DNA of 64,000 bases from Saccostrea cucullata (taxonomy: Eukaryota), in the NCBI RefSeq assembly GCF_032062105.1, contig NW_026936166.1, forward strand, positions 1 through 64,000, given 5' to 3'. Shown in pieces: positions 26,272 to 39,399 of this stretch. Each line of letters opens with the position of its first letter. The stretch's first letter is position 1. The position numbers and the translations under genes are program-made. The notes under the pieces are model-generated. The model saw only the letters and a list, made by a program, of their open reading frames with translations, had not been told where the DNA came from and searched no databases.

Positions 26272-27189
26272 TGTTTTCATTGATCGTGTACTTACTATGT
26301 AATTATATAAAAAAATAATGTTACAACTATTCATCGAATCATTGAAAGCAAATTTAATTAAAAATAAATAAAGATGAAAATGAAGTCTTGATGTTTATTC
26401 CATGTATTTCAATATAATTTAAATGTTTTGTTGGGAAATTTTATTGATATAAACAAAATTAAACTTGTACACATTTTTAGCAATACTTTATTATATTACT
26501 TTATTAAATATCTTAAATTGTCGATTTGTTCAGCAGTTAATTTTGTAATTATGATATATTTTAAAATTTATTGAAAATTCATGAATCTAAGACTTTATAT
26601 TCAATTTAAATTTTTTCATTATAAAGCTGTATCTTTATATCACTATCGAAAATAAAACACAACAAAACATTTTTCCTCTCATTAAATACTCCGAATTATC
26701 AAATTCTAGCAGGAAGAATTGGCACGCGTACCTCTTAAATGGCGACAACACAGTTTCAAAAAAAGATACATACATCTCTGTGTTTCCTGTTCTATATTTT
26801 TACCATATATCATGTCCGTAATTAATATTTTTTAGTCAAAAAACAAATATTTATTTTGAACTACTCAGTACTTCAGTTTGCAATGCCAGAGTTAACAGGA
26901 ATTCATAATCTATTAATAATTATTATCATTTTAAAACGAAATGAACACGTGGGTATGTTAAGGCTAAAACCAATTATTCAACTTGCCTATACACTACATG
27001 TATGACCTCATAGACAACTTTGGAAATAACGATTTCTTAAAATCTACATTTAAGGATTGATTTGAGGTCGAAGAAATGAATCGAAACTTGCAGAAGCTTA
27101 CATAGAAAGAATCTGGTCGTTTCTGGGTGGTATAAATATATGTATGTATTTATCACGGGGGTTAAATACCAAACCCGTGACGTCATAAC

Positions 27190-27500
27190 TGTTGATCAGT
27201 ATAAGCAGAGTGAAAGTGAAACGTATATCAATCCCATATCAATATTATGTCAGTGTCCATGTTCTGATGAGGATAATCCTAATTATGTGTCAGATCAAAA
27301 ATTAAAATCGAAAGTGCACAATGGCAATACATAATAAAGATTCTGTAAAAGCTCAAATTTCATTCTGTGGTATGACAGGAGTTGCGGGTAAGAAATGGGT
27401 ACCCCAAAGCGTAATAGACGGACGGACGGATGTACTGACGTACCAATTACTATATCCGCTCCCGCTTTTCAAGCTGGAAGGGGGGAGGGGGGTCATAAAA
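27190..27500 (+). mobile_element. Helentron-associated non-autonomous element (HINE) fragment
   Basis: Shares the core, the (GACG)n tract and the terminal CCCGC..GGGG hairpin with 48888-49281 and 35570-35675. Confidence 0.7.
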
Positions 27501-28489
27501 TTCGGAGTTTAAAAGGATTAAGCATGAATATCATGTGTAATACATGCCTGAGTAAAGCTTTGCAATAAGGTAAGCTTATATATTAATTTTCTACAATATC
27601 TTCGTACAATAAAAGCAGAGAGTGTATTTACTTCCCGATCAACCTTTCCGTTGTCGTTTGAAACAAACAGTTTGTAAAATATTCAACACTACGTTGCATA
27701 CTTTAAAACTTAATTTTTGTTTCTATCGAAATGACCTATTCTGTTGATTTTGGAAAATGTTGCTAGAATCGTATCGTTAACGGGATTTGGTGCATTTTTT
27801 TCGATCTTATGTACAAGATCTTAAAATATTGGTAAGATTTCTTCGGAAGGTGTTGAATAATTATTTCTGTGATAGGAGAATATGATTCTAGCAGCACTTT
27901 TCATGGAACAGAGATTATTTTACATAAGTAATAAAAAAAAAACAGAAACTGAATATCGCCGGGGTATTGTTGAACTTTTTACTTTTTAATTAAGGCGTAT
28001 TTTTCTATATATAGAGGTCATATGATGACGTCATGGTATAGTGCTTCCTTTAGTATAAGCCCCATTAAAGAACTATTTATGAAAGCAAATGTTTTATCCA
28101 TGACTTTTTTCCGATTTGTCAGTGTTACATATTAAGAAAAAGTGTGAATTCGCCGAATTCTGATCTGTGTTGCCTTAAAATAATCGCGCATTGTTATAAC
28201 AAAAAAAGGCGCTTGGAAAAACTGGCTACATTATTTACTTATGGGTACAACACAATTACTAACAAAGGTTTGCTATTCCAAATGTTTTCATTTCCTATAT
28301 GTCATTTAATAGTTTATCATTTATTATCAGATCTGAATTTGGGATTACATTTCACATCCTTTTTTTGTGATAATCACACTTTGAAAACAAGATATATGAT
28401 ACAGATATAGGGATAAAAAAAAACGAGAAAATGAAAACTTTCTGTTGTGGGGAAGCATCTTTTGTGTTATAAATGGAACAAATGTATAT

Positions 28490-28965
28490 AATGAACAGTA
28501 TTCAAGATCAAAAGTCCAAAAACATTACAAAATAAGAGCAGAGCAAACACCGACCTCTTAAACATCAGTGGTGTGATAAGATGCCATGGAGGAATGAGCA
28601 TCCCCTGAAGACGGGTCACACCCGCCGTGTGCTCCTTGTCATCATCGGGAAATAGGCCTAACGGAAAAATCTGTCAATTCAGTGTATAAATAATGGACTA
28701 ACAATAAGTATGAAAAACGTCAGTCAGCTTTTGACTCAATGATAAGTTGTATTTGCTGGACAAGGTCATTGCATCGACCAAAGAATTTACGAAATGATTA
28801 CTTTAAACGAGACTGCTGATATTCTTGTTTCATCAACTTTTTGTCAGTAATTTACCTCATTTTATAAAATTGTTCATACATGTACGTAGAGCATGCTCTT
28901 GCGTATCGAATCAACTGAGATATACAAACGCCGTATGCAGATGATGAAGGTACATTGTTGCATAA
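28490..28965 (-). mobile_element. Penelope-like 3' fragment
   Basis: SSAYGVCISQLIRYARAC thumb remnant plus the shared 3' end. Confidence 0.85.
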
Positions 28966-30423
28966 GTGATTATGTGAAAATAGTGGATTTTTTTTAGGTT
29001 TTTGTTTTAAAAAAATATATATTTAAAACCAGATTGTTACACAATTCACACATGACAAATCATCTTTCTTCATTTAAAATATGTTAAGGAATATTTTGCA
29101 TATACATGCACATGTATGTAATACCCAATCAAAACTACAGTACAAATTCATTAAAACCTCTTATATTTTTGCAGAAACCAATGGCTCACTGACTTACCTT
29201 CGGAAAGGAATTCAGTGAGTCACATATGTAACTATGAATTGCGGAAGCTTTCTAAACAGCCTTTGCAATGCTACATGAAAAATATCGTATAATTGTACAC
29301 ATGCAATGTATAATTATGTAGATTATTAAAGACCAACATGTATATATAAAAAACATACCTATTTAATTTTGTTATGTTTTATACGAGTTGCCAGTCATTT
29401 AATTATGTTTTGTTCGAGTTGGCAGGTATTGTCTACAGTGGTCTACACATACAACAGTGAAATAGCCGGCAAACTGGCATACCCTAGCGTCAACAATAAT
29501 TCGTGCCCTCCCTGACGGGAAAGTTGCACGTTGGATTGACCTTTTTCGTGCTTTTAATACATTTCAACAAAAAATAGCTTTTTATTATTCTAGTTTGCTT
29601 TTGATTTACAATGTATATAAATTATAATTTTCAAAGTCAACATCACATATATAAACATCAATAATCACATATATCAACATCAACCACAAAAAGTAAACAA
29701 TATCAACAGTTTAATATAGTTAAGTCGAAAGTGACGATTTACCGGTCAATACATACACTGTGAAGTAAAGTCAACTGTCTTCTTTCGAACTCCCCGAATT
29801 GATACTTAGCCAAGTTGACCATTGTGACGTTTGGTATTTAGCCACAGATCATTCAAAAGGTCCTAGTAAACGGAAATAGCAGACAGTCTTGATAATTTTA
29901 AAATATCCTTAAACAGCTAATATCTGAAAAGACAAAATCAAAAACTCACAGCAGAAAAAGATTGAATTCTCTGTTACAATTCAATAACTGTCAATTAATT
30001 TGGTATAGCTAAATCAAGTAAGACAATGTAAACGTAATGGTAACAAACTAAAGGAGAAAGGGTATACTTAAACACAATTAACTGAAGGATGAGGTGGGAG
30101 GATATTTCATAATACAAAAAGATGAAATGGATGCTTTCATCACCAACTTTTCAATTTCTTTGATGCATAGGAAAAAGGGAGACAACCCCAAAACATAGTG
30201 ACTAAATACCGGCAATGTATGGATTGATAAATAATAATACAAATTCCGACCTACATGTAACTCATTATCTTATAATGAAAGGGTGGAGCTTTGATAATGA
30301 CACAAATTGTGAGATGAACTCAATTTATTATTATTATTAACATTATTTAATAAACTACCTTATTCATATGAAGTGGGTGTAATTTGACAATTGGTACCAG
30401 GAAACCAAATTGATGCCGGGGAT

Positions 30424-30430
30424 ATATAAA
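30424..30430 (+). promoter_or_regulatory. Candidate TATA box of the orphan receptor gene
   Basis: TATATAAA about 75 bp upstream of the proposed ATG at 30504. Weak evidence in AT-rich DNA. Confidence 0.3.
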
Positions 30431-30503
30431 TAAAGTACGTGTCAAATTCTCTGTATTAGAATACAATTTTTAAACTTTCTCGTTTAAAAAACTAAAACAA
30501 TTG

Positions 30504-33500
30504 ATGGGTATAATGTTTCCATTCTGCAGTAAGTACATTATTTTGAAAAAAGAAAATGTGTTATTACTTCGTGTTCTTAAAATTAGAAATAAAATTTGGA
30601 CAATTTTATGCAGATAGTTTATTTATTGTATCATGTCTTTTATGCCCATTATGTTTAAGAAATTCGAACCTCAAGTATATCTTGAAAATGTATTTATGCG
30701 AAACTTTTTTTAAAAGTTGAATTATGACATTATTAGAAAAATTATTGTCCACATAGTTCTTAATTCTTCCATGTTTAAACCAAGTGTGAAAAAATAGATA
30801 TAAATATTTTGATTTATATAATTAAATTTTCATAGGCTTTTTCTGGTTATTTTCAACAAATTTCAATGGCTTGGTTCAAGCTGACTCATACCAGGATGCA
30901 AGGTACATGTTTTGAGCATGTTTTGTTATTTTAATTATAGAGATAAATGAGTGTGACAAAGAAGAACCATAATTAACAGAAAAAATAATTAGCTATACAC
31001 GTACAATGTAGAAGAGAAAAATATTAGTAAAAGTCAATGAATCCCTTAAATTCTGTTAGGATTACATTTGAAAATGGCCCTTGTAACACTTAACGATTTA
31101 AATTTCTAAAGTGATTTTGAATTTTAGAAATTATTAATTCAAATTTCAAAATTTGAAAAACTTTAACTGACTTTTTGTTATATTGAAATTTAATAGTTTA
31201 GTAATAAAATCTAAATTTTCAAATTGCCAAATAATTTTTAGAATTTTTAATATTTTCAATTTTTATCTGAGATATTCAAAATTCAAATTTCCAAAAACAA
31301 CTTTTGTATTTTAAACTTCTGAGTATTTAATTTACCGTTTCTTCAGGAAGTTTACGCTTACCAATCTGAAATTCAATAATATTTTTCGTCTTTTGATTAT
31401 ATAAAATTAACTGCCAACTTTCAAACGTTTTAGATTTTTATCAATTTAGAATTTTGATTCAAACACTCAACCTTTAAATTTCCAAAACACATTTTAAAGT
31501 TTGAGTTTTTAGAAGTTTACTTCAAATGACCATAATATCAAATTCCAAACCTAATTTGAATTTAAAACTATTTCAAAAACTCTTTTAGATAAGCATAAGA
31601 GTGTTTAGAAATTTAGAATATTAAACTAATTTTCAAAATTCAAATCAGGATTCGAAATTATCATAGATCCATTTGTATTTTTTTAAAAATATATTCAAAA
31701 ACATCCATATCTAGAAAATTTAATTTCCGATGCAAAAAAATATTTACTAAAACCAAGTTTCTAAAGATTTATTTTCAAAAAATAACACTTCACAATTGGG
31801 TGCTTGATCTTGATTTTTACCCCTTTGATTGAACGTTTACCTTTTTCTCATTTTCTAACTGGGGGTGTGTCTTTTATTTCTTACTCTTTTACTTAATCTA
31901 TATAATTAATAAATCGAAAAAAAACTTGAATGCATACATGTACTTTTCCTTAATAGTCCTCTTTGTTTATAATGTTTATTACATGTGACAACCAGAAAAG
32001 CATAGTAGATGTTATGTGCACCATTTTAACCCTATGATAAAAGGGTACATGTATACGAAGTTATTTTTAAAACGTTTTCCATACTTAACTGCTTTTTTGT
32101 AAAATAAATTTAAAATCATTTTCATTTCAGTTGTTTTTCATTTTTTCATACTGATGAAAGTAATCAAGATACTTTAAGTGATACTTGTTTTGAGATTTCT
32201 AATGAAACAGTTAACAAAAAATATGCAGGTAAGAATATACAGCTGCTTTTGAGTATTGTCCTCGCGATCGGAATTGATAAATCTGTGTTAAAAAGTATTT
32301 GAATTCACTTTCTGGTTTTTTGTAGGTATAGATATTTACATCAAAGCAGCGGATATTAAAAACATTTCTCCTTGTTCTTCTCAAGACATTCAGTTGGAAT
32401 CGGTTCAGAGATATATTGTAGAAAATAAAACCACAAAACAATCACTGTGTAGGACAAAATACACTGTATCAATTAAAGATAAGAATTGTCGAGAAAATAT
32501 CAAAAACATTGACTATTATTGCGACTATACTAAACCAAACGTACTGTTTTTTCAAGGTAATATTTTGAGGGGGGAATTCGATATTTGCAAAGAGAATTTG
32601 ATATAATGTTTTTTGGTCACGTTTCTAAACATTTGGGTATCAAAAATAATGTTTACATTTTGTTATGTTCTTTTTTCAGATTGTATGTCGGTCGACTGTT
32701 CAAGTATTGGGGAAAAGGGTAATTATCTTCATATAACTGATAAAGTAAAAACATATTGGTAAAAGATAATAAAAAATATAATTGTAGTTTTCTTCACGAT
32801 TATTTTCTAAGAAACCATTACAAAGAGAGTTAAAAGAATAAATGAAAAATGCGTGATATTTATATATTTCTTACGACCGGTGTAAAGACGAATAATGACC
32901 CCCATCGAATAATGACCGGGGGGTCATTTTTCAACGATAAAAAATGACCTCCAACCATAGAAAAAAAAATCATTTTTTGTAGAAAAAGAGTCCTAGGGGT
33001 CATAATTTTATATGTTAGTCCTATAAAAAATTGACCCCCATTGAAAAATGACCCCCTCTAAAAGTGATACAAAATTTATAACTGGTGAAAGGGGAAAATA
33101 TGCAACAATCAGGTTTAAATACTCTTTAATAAGAAAAATTAATTTTTCCTTCATTTCAACTTTTAGCTTGTATAAGTTTTGCAAATCCAATTTGACAATG
33201 ACAGAGGAGGAAATTTTTATTCCCCCCCCCCAAAAGAACATTATGTTAAATCAAAACAAAAAAAAAATAATAAATGAAAAGCAAAAATATAAATAAAATT
33301 CTATACCTTTCAATAATACTGAAAAAGGCTCTAGATAAAATATTGAAATGAAGTTAGGCCTTTGCACAAGTACTATCATATCATAATTTACTTCGCCATG
33401 ATCAAAGTATGCTTTAAATGTTGATGGGGGCATACTTGAAAGTACTGTGGCTAAGTAACAGTTGAAAATTAGTAGAATAGTACATTATTTTAAGCTTATT

Positions 33501-36500
33501 TTTAATTCCTCCTTATAGAAAAATAAAGGTAGGGTATTTTTTTGCTTTTGGTTGCTTTTGCTGATAATTGACTTCCTCCTAAATAAGTAAGGGGGTGGGA
33601 TGGGTATAACACCTAAAAATATGCTTTGTAAAGCTATGGGCTTGTGTAAAATACACATTCTAATGCAAAAACTATACATGTAGACATAACCTGTTGATTT
33701 AGTACACAGTACTCATTACATTTCTCAATTCTTGTTTTACTCCACCCTTTTACTCAGTTCTGAGTATATTTTTCACAGAATTTAAGGGGTCCCGACCCTC
33801 TGCTATCAAATTTCACTCAGAAAATTTAATATTTCTAATGTTGATTTTCATGAACAACAATAACATTAGAACCACATGGAAAATAGTTTGATGTAAGAAG
33901 CGCAGCTTATTTTTTCAGAAATGATGTTTATGTCAGATCATGATATGAAGAAATTTCAACATAGAGAACAGAAACAGTAACGATTTATTATCATAACATT
34001 TAATTTGAAATATGAGGTGTATATGAAAATAATATTTAGTATAATACCTATTAAAATCATGTCAGAAAACATCATGAAGCGATGCTTCCTAAGTCAAAAA
34101 AATTGCAATGTTGTATGTGGTTGTAAGAAAAAAATACATCTGTGAGGAGGAGTTTTCTTTCTTCTTAATATTTCTTCATATGAAGAAAAATGTCATACTT
34201 ATAAAAATTTTGTATTAAGTTCTTGAAACATTAAACCATTATTAAAATGGTCTTTTAAAAAATACAACTAATTCAATTTAAAATGCTTTTGAAGTATTTT
34301 ATTTGAAGTGTTTTATTGTTAAATTTAATAAAACAATTAGTATGAGATTTGCAAAAGAAATAGAAAGTAATGTTTCCATCATATGACAGATTTCATCGAA
34401 TTGACTACTCAGAGGTCTAAATTAGGAAACTCTGATTAAGAAAACTGTGAGCAGTATTCATATTTTGTACTCTGACTGAGAGTTATCTGTCATATCAGAG
34501 GGTCGGTGCCCCTTAATATGAAAATCAGAACAATTATTTTCATTTTTGTAACGTCTTCTTTATACTGTATCATAATATGAAAAGTTAATTGAAGACAATT
34601 TCTTTTTATGTCCCCATAATCGAGTATTCGGGGGTATATAGTTTTATTGTGTCCGCCTATATGTCTGTCTGTCCATCTGGCAGTCTGTTTGTCCGCAAAA
34701 ACTTTAACCTTGACCATAACTTTTCATTCATTGGAGCTATGACTTTCATATTTAATATGTGTATTCCTTGTGACAAAACCTTACTTTGGGTAGCACCAAA
34801 TTTAAACTTTTGACTTTTACCTTGGAGATGTCCCATTTCACACAAAAATGCGAATTTTTTTTACTTTGGCCATAACTTTTAAACGGTAGATACTGGTACT
34901 CTCATACTTCACATATGTACTTTTTTTGGCATGACCTTTCATTGGATACTACAAACTTTGACCTTTTGACCTTGATCTTGGAGATTTCAGTATTTATAAA
35001 AAAAACCTTAACTTTGGCGATAATTTTTGAACGGTAAGGGCTAGGGTTTTCATACTTCACATATGTAATCCTTCTTACATTAAACCTTTCTTAAGAAACC
35101 ATCAACATTGACCCTTTGACATTTGCGTTTGATCTACCTTTCAAAAACTTATCCTTAGCCATTACTTTTGAACAAGTGGTGCTATGGCATCCCTATTTTG
35201 CAATTGTATTTCTTGTGCATGAGAAGACACTACTTTGGGTACCAATATATTTAAATTGCATTTAAGAAGGAAAGGAGATAACGAACAGTATTCAATCTCA
35301 AAGTCCATAAAACAATACAAAATAAGAGCAGAGCAAACACGGACCCCCGAAACATCAGAGATGGGATCAGGTGCCATGGAGGAGTGAGCATCTCCTGCCG
35401 ACCGGTCACACTCACCGTGTGTTCTTTGTCATGATCAGGAATAACGGAAAAATCCGTCGTCAATTCAGTGTATAAATAATGGACTAACAATTGGTATGAA
35501 GAAAAGTTTAATCTTCACTATGTTGCCATACAGGGGTATAGCTGTTTCACAATCACATCTTTTTATATATGAGAGGAGTTGCGGATAAGAGATGGATACC
35601 CCAAAGCGTAACAGACGGACAGACGGACATCCCGATCACTACGTACCCTCCTGCTTTTCAAGCGGAGGATATTATAATATATAATACTGCTGATTTTTTT
35701 CTGTCAGTACGATGATTTCCACCACTGAAAAACAATGTTTACCTAACACTTTAGGCTCGATAATTCTTTTGCTCCTTTAGATTCTGAATCATCGCATTGA
35801 CCTTAAAGTATAGCTATAATTGTATAATGTTATGAGATCAACATATCATCAATTTATTCCCAATTAGCTCAGGTGAGCAGTTCGGCCAATATGCTTCTTT
35901 ACCTATTTTTTTCTATTGCCCCCTAAAAATTTCAGCATAAATCCACAGGGTGTCATTTTTCTACGGGGGTCATTTTACTTCACGTGGGTTCTGCAAATTT
36001 TTAGGGTGGTGACACTTTTTCTACGGGCAAAAGGGTCATTTTCCGACGGCAAATAATGACTGGGGGTCATTTTTCGCCGTAGAATATTGACCCGGGGTCA
36101 TTTTTCGCTGTCGAAAATGACCCCCGGTCATTATTCGATGGGAGTCATTATTCGTCTTTACAACGGCATTAACTTGTTTTTATTTTTAGAAAAAGACTCT
36201 ATTATTATGTCAGGATTTTCAAAACCTGCCGTTTTCGAGGATAAGTGGGGTGTTTACAATGTACCAACATCCTACTGTTACATGAAGCACTGTAAATTAA
36301 AAAACTGGTCTATTGTCGAACAAAAAGAAATATCCAATGTCACTACGGGTAATTAGCTTTGGTATTTTCATAGTTTCTAGTATATAGACACTCAGTCTGG
36401 TATCTGTGTCAACCTTCAAATGGAAAGAGGTTATGATGTAATATTTCCATTTCCAATTGTTTTCCCTATGATAAACACTACAAAAGTAAGTCTTGTTTAT

Positions 36501-39367
36501 TTTCCGTGAATCCTGTGGCATGTAAATTTCTCTATTGAAATACTAATGAAAGGTCAAATGTCAACCTGCATGAATACGTATGGTACATAACTGGCGTATA
36601 TCAAATACACTGAAGAAAAAGTAGCTGTTTTGTTTAATTGTTTACTTAGTAATTATATATGATATATATTTCTACCAACAAAATAAATAATAAATTATCT
36701 CCGGATCAAAAGCAAGTCACCAAGTCCACTACGAGGGCTCGCGAGACCATGAACTCCACTTCCGTAAACTTGGGAAACAGCCCATTTGAACCACATGGAG
36801 AATTCGCCATCACCACTGGTACATAGATCGATCTGCACTTTATCATCTGATACAGACATCGTCCCTCAGTCATTACCATCCGACTTATTAAGCAAATCAA
36901 CTTCTTCTGTTATTTTAGCATTCAAACAAATCTGTTTCTTGACCATGTTGACCAACTCCTATTTCACCAACTGTAACATTGCATTCAATATGGCGGCGGA
37001 AAAGTGTCCTAGGGCCTATACACGTTTTCGTGCTTCCGACATCCTAAATCTAGGTAACATATCTAATTTAACTTAACGAGATTGCCTTGGTCATAATTTA
37101 ACATTCTTTTGTTGTTTTTTATGAATTTTGATATTTGGCTACAGTAACTAAATAATCATTTAATTTGGCTTGTGTTTTATGGGACTATTTTTTAATAGTA
37201 AAATTTGACGTCAAGGGGCGGGGCAATGGAAAAAGAACATTAAATCCCTTGTGCAATTCAAATATACTAAATTAGACGGTATTCCGATATATTTTAAGAT
37301 TGTTATTTCAAGTAAAAATGGAAATAGAAGCCTGTTATGCTTAAGTATCCCATGTTTTCCACTATTGTTGATGCCCTGACATACCCTCCTAACTAGACAG
37401 TGATTCCTTAAAACTATTTTAGTCATGGTTGTTTTTATGGTTCTTTGAAAGCGAATTATTTCTGTGTCATAACTTAACGCAATATTGAAATATATTCATT
37501 CAATTGTTTTCACTATTCTGATAACTTTTAATAACTTTTCTGATTCATTAGAGTCACTGGGTTTTTTTTTTGAACGTTAACCATAATTTTTGAACCATGA
37601 AAGATAGAGACTTCATATCTGGTATGCATACTCCACTAATCAAGTTTTTTTCAAATGATACCAAGGTCAATGACCTGTGACCTTGACGCTAAAAATAGCG
37701 TTTTTCGAACTTTGTTCCGCCGGGCGCATAGTATTTCACAAACACATCTTGTTTTTTTTTTTAATTTGCATTTCAAAAATATTATAATGTTAGCGCTCTT
37801 TCATCAAGTTCACACTCTCAAACACAAACTAAAGGTTATATATCAATTTTCAAAATTACATTAATGTTTAGATGTATGTTGGTTATGGATATAGGGATAT
37901 GGTGTGTTCTAAAAATTATTATTATTCCCATTGATTTTCAGTATTATATTCTTTCTTACAATTATAATCTTACCTTAAAGACTGGAAATATATTTATTTT
38001 GGTATGAATTCTTGCTTATACATTTAATTGTTTAACTTATCCTTGTGCAAAAGACACATCAGAACTATCCAGAGAGGAGGAATGTTTACTGTTTGGAGCT
38101 GGAGTTGCAGGTGCTGGGCTACTCCTTGGGATCTTATCTACATCTTTTGCTTGCCTTCGCCTTAATAGATGTAAAAAGAATTACAGGTTAGGTTTGCTAG
38201 TATTCAGACATCTTTTACCTATATTTATAATTTAAACGCTGCGTATTTGATTCGTTGAAATAATTTAAAGGTAACTACATTGCATTTATATTAATAAATA
38301 AGGACATTCTAGTCTCAGCAAAGAATTTGCTTAATAAACAGTTCTCTTTTTTTGCAAATCAGTTGAATATCAAAAGTGCATTAGACATGAAACAAATCAA
38401 GTCCAGTACACTTAAGATCAGCTGAATGTGAAATTGGTTCATAATTTTACATAAGCACTCAAATTTGAACATGGACAATCATTATGTTTAACTCTACTTA
38501 TATTTCCTGTAAAAGTGTAAAGGGAATATTTAAATACCTGTTCCGTGTTTCATTCACTTGTAAAAAAATTCTGAAACAAACTGATATGATTTTTTATTCA
38601 AGCTCAAAAGATGTCCAAAAACTTCATCAGAGAGATATGATATCATATGTTATTCAAATATTCAAACACTGTAACTCTGCTAAATGTACAAAGTGAATTT
38701 TATCTTCAAATCTATAAAGAATTTAACAGACAACCATATCATTCATTTATTAATAGTTTTCATACTAGCATATAACTTGCTAAGCATCTATACTTAACTT
38801 TCTATATTTTCGTTTAACAGAAGTGGGGACATAATGTTATATTCAAAACAAAATGACAATATGTCGTCTGAGACAGAGTTGGATTTTGCAGTTTATTCGA
38901 AAGAGGGGGGAACCATGTATCATCATATTTCAGACAGTCTGGTTTGTTTTTTTTAGAAAAAAAAATTCTCTCACTTTTCTTTTAATTTTTAGTCTGTTTT
39001 AGTTTTGATAGAATTCTAAAAAAAAAAAACCTATGATTTTTTTTATGTTAAGTGATATGGATATGTCATTGCATGAGATATCCTTTCATAATGTCAACTC
39101 GTAACAATCTTAAACTCCAAATCTCTTGTTCAGAGTCCACTTATGGTAGAAACAATCCAGGATGGTGATGTTAATGATACGTGTGATGACACATCACAAC
39201 AGCGTTGTGGTGAAAATCCCAAAAGCAGTTCAAGTGCGCACTCAAACGTACGGGTATCATCCCCATTATCAGTAAAGCATGCAGAGAAAAGGACAAGTGA
39301 GTCAATTAAGAGTGATGGACCTCAGCTCTATCACATCTTATCAAGGGATTACAAGGAAAATTCGTAG
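30504..39367 (+). CDS. Uncharacterised type-I membrane protein, about 368 aa: signal peptide, Cys-containing ectodomain, TM helix, Tyr-motif tail
   Basis: Nine phase-compatible GT-AG exons join into one stop-free 1107-nt ORF: 30504-30528, 30836-30902, 32131-32228, 32326-32556, 32680-32718, 36190-36348, 38054-38186, 38821-38941, 39134-39367. N-terminus MGIMFPFCSFFWLFSTNFNGLVQA-DS; TM LLFGAGVAGAGLLLGILSTSFACL-RLNRCKK; tail motifs TMYHHI and LYHIL. The 3' exons are more certain than the first three. Confidence 0.75.
34600..35565 (-). mobile_element. HINE with an internal ~125-135 bp tandem array, nested in the TIR element
   Basis: Terminal palindrome, (GTCT/GTCC)n tract, and 4-5 copies of a 'ccataacttt..ttcatacttcacat..tttgacc' unit. 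Confidence 0.75.
35273..35500 (-). mobile_element. Penelope-like 3' end nested inside a HINE
   Basis: Clean copy of the shared ~230-bp 3' terminus. Confidence 0.85.
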
Positions 39368-39399
39368 TCAGAATTCCCAACCCCATGGACAAAATAGTT

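Larger units (their letters stand above)
32877..36166. mobile_element. 3.3-kb non-autonomous TIR DNA transposon with subterminal GGGGTCATTTT repeats
   Basis: ~50-bp TIRs CCGGTGTAAAGACGAATAATGACCCCCATCGAATAATGACCGGGGG / CCCCCGGTCATTATTCGATGGGAGTCATTATTCGTCTTTACAACGG. No transposase ORF; nested HINE and PLE pieces inside. Confidence 0.88.

Noticed and set aside
30941-30972. EGF-like 'INECD' exon start
   Set aside because: A stop follows after a few codons and the phase is incompatible with neighbouring exons.
31075-31760. TTCAAA/TTTGAA-rich stretch as a distinct element
   Set aside because: No clear termini or period could be defined by eye.
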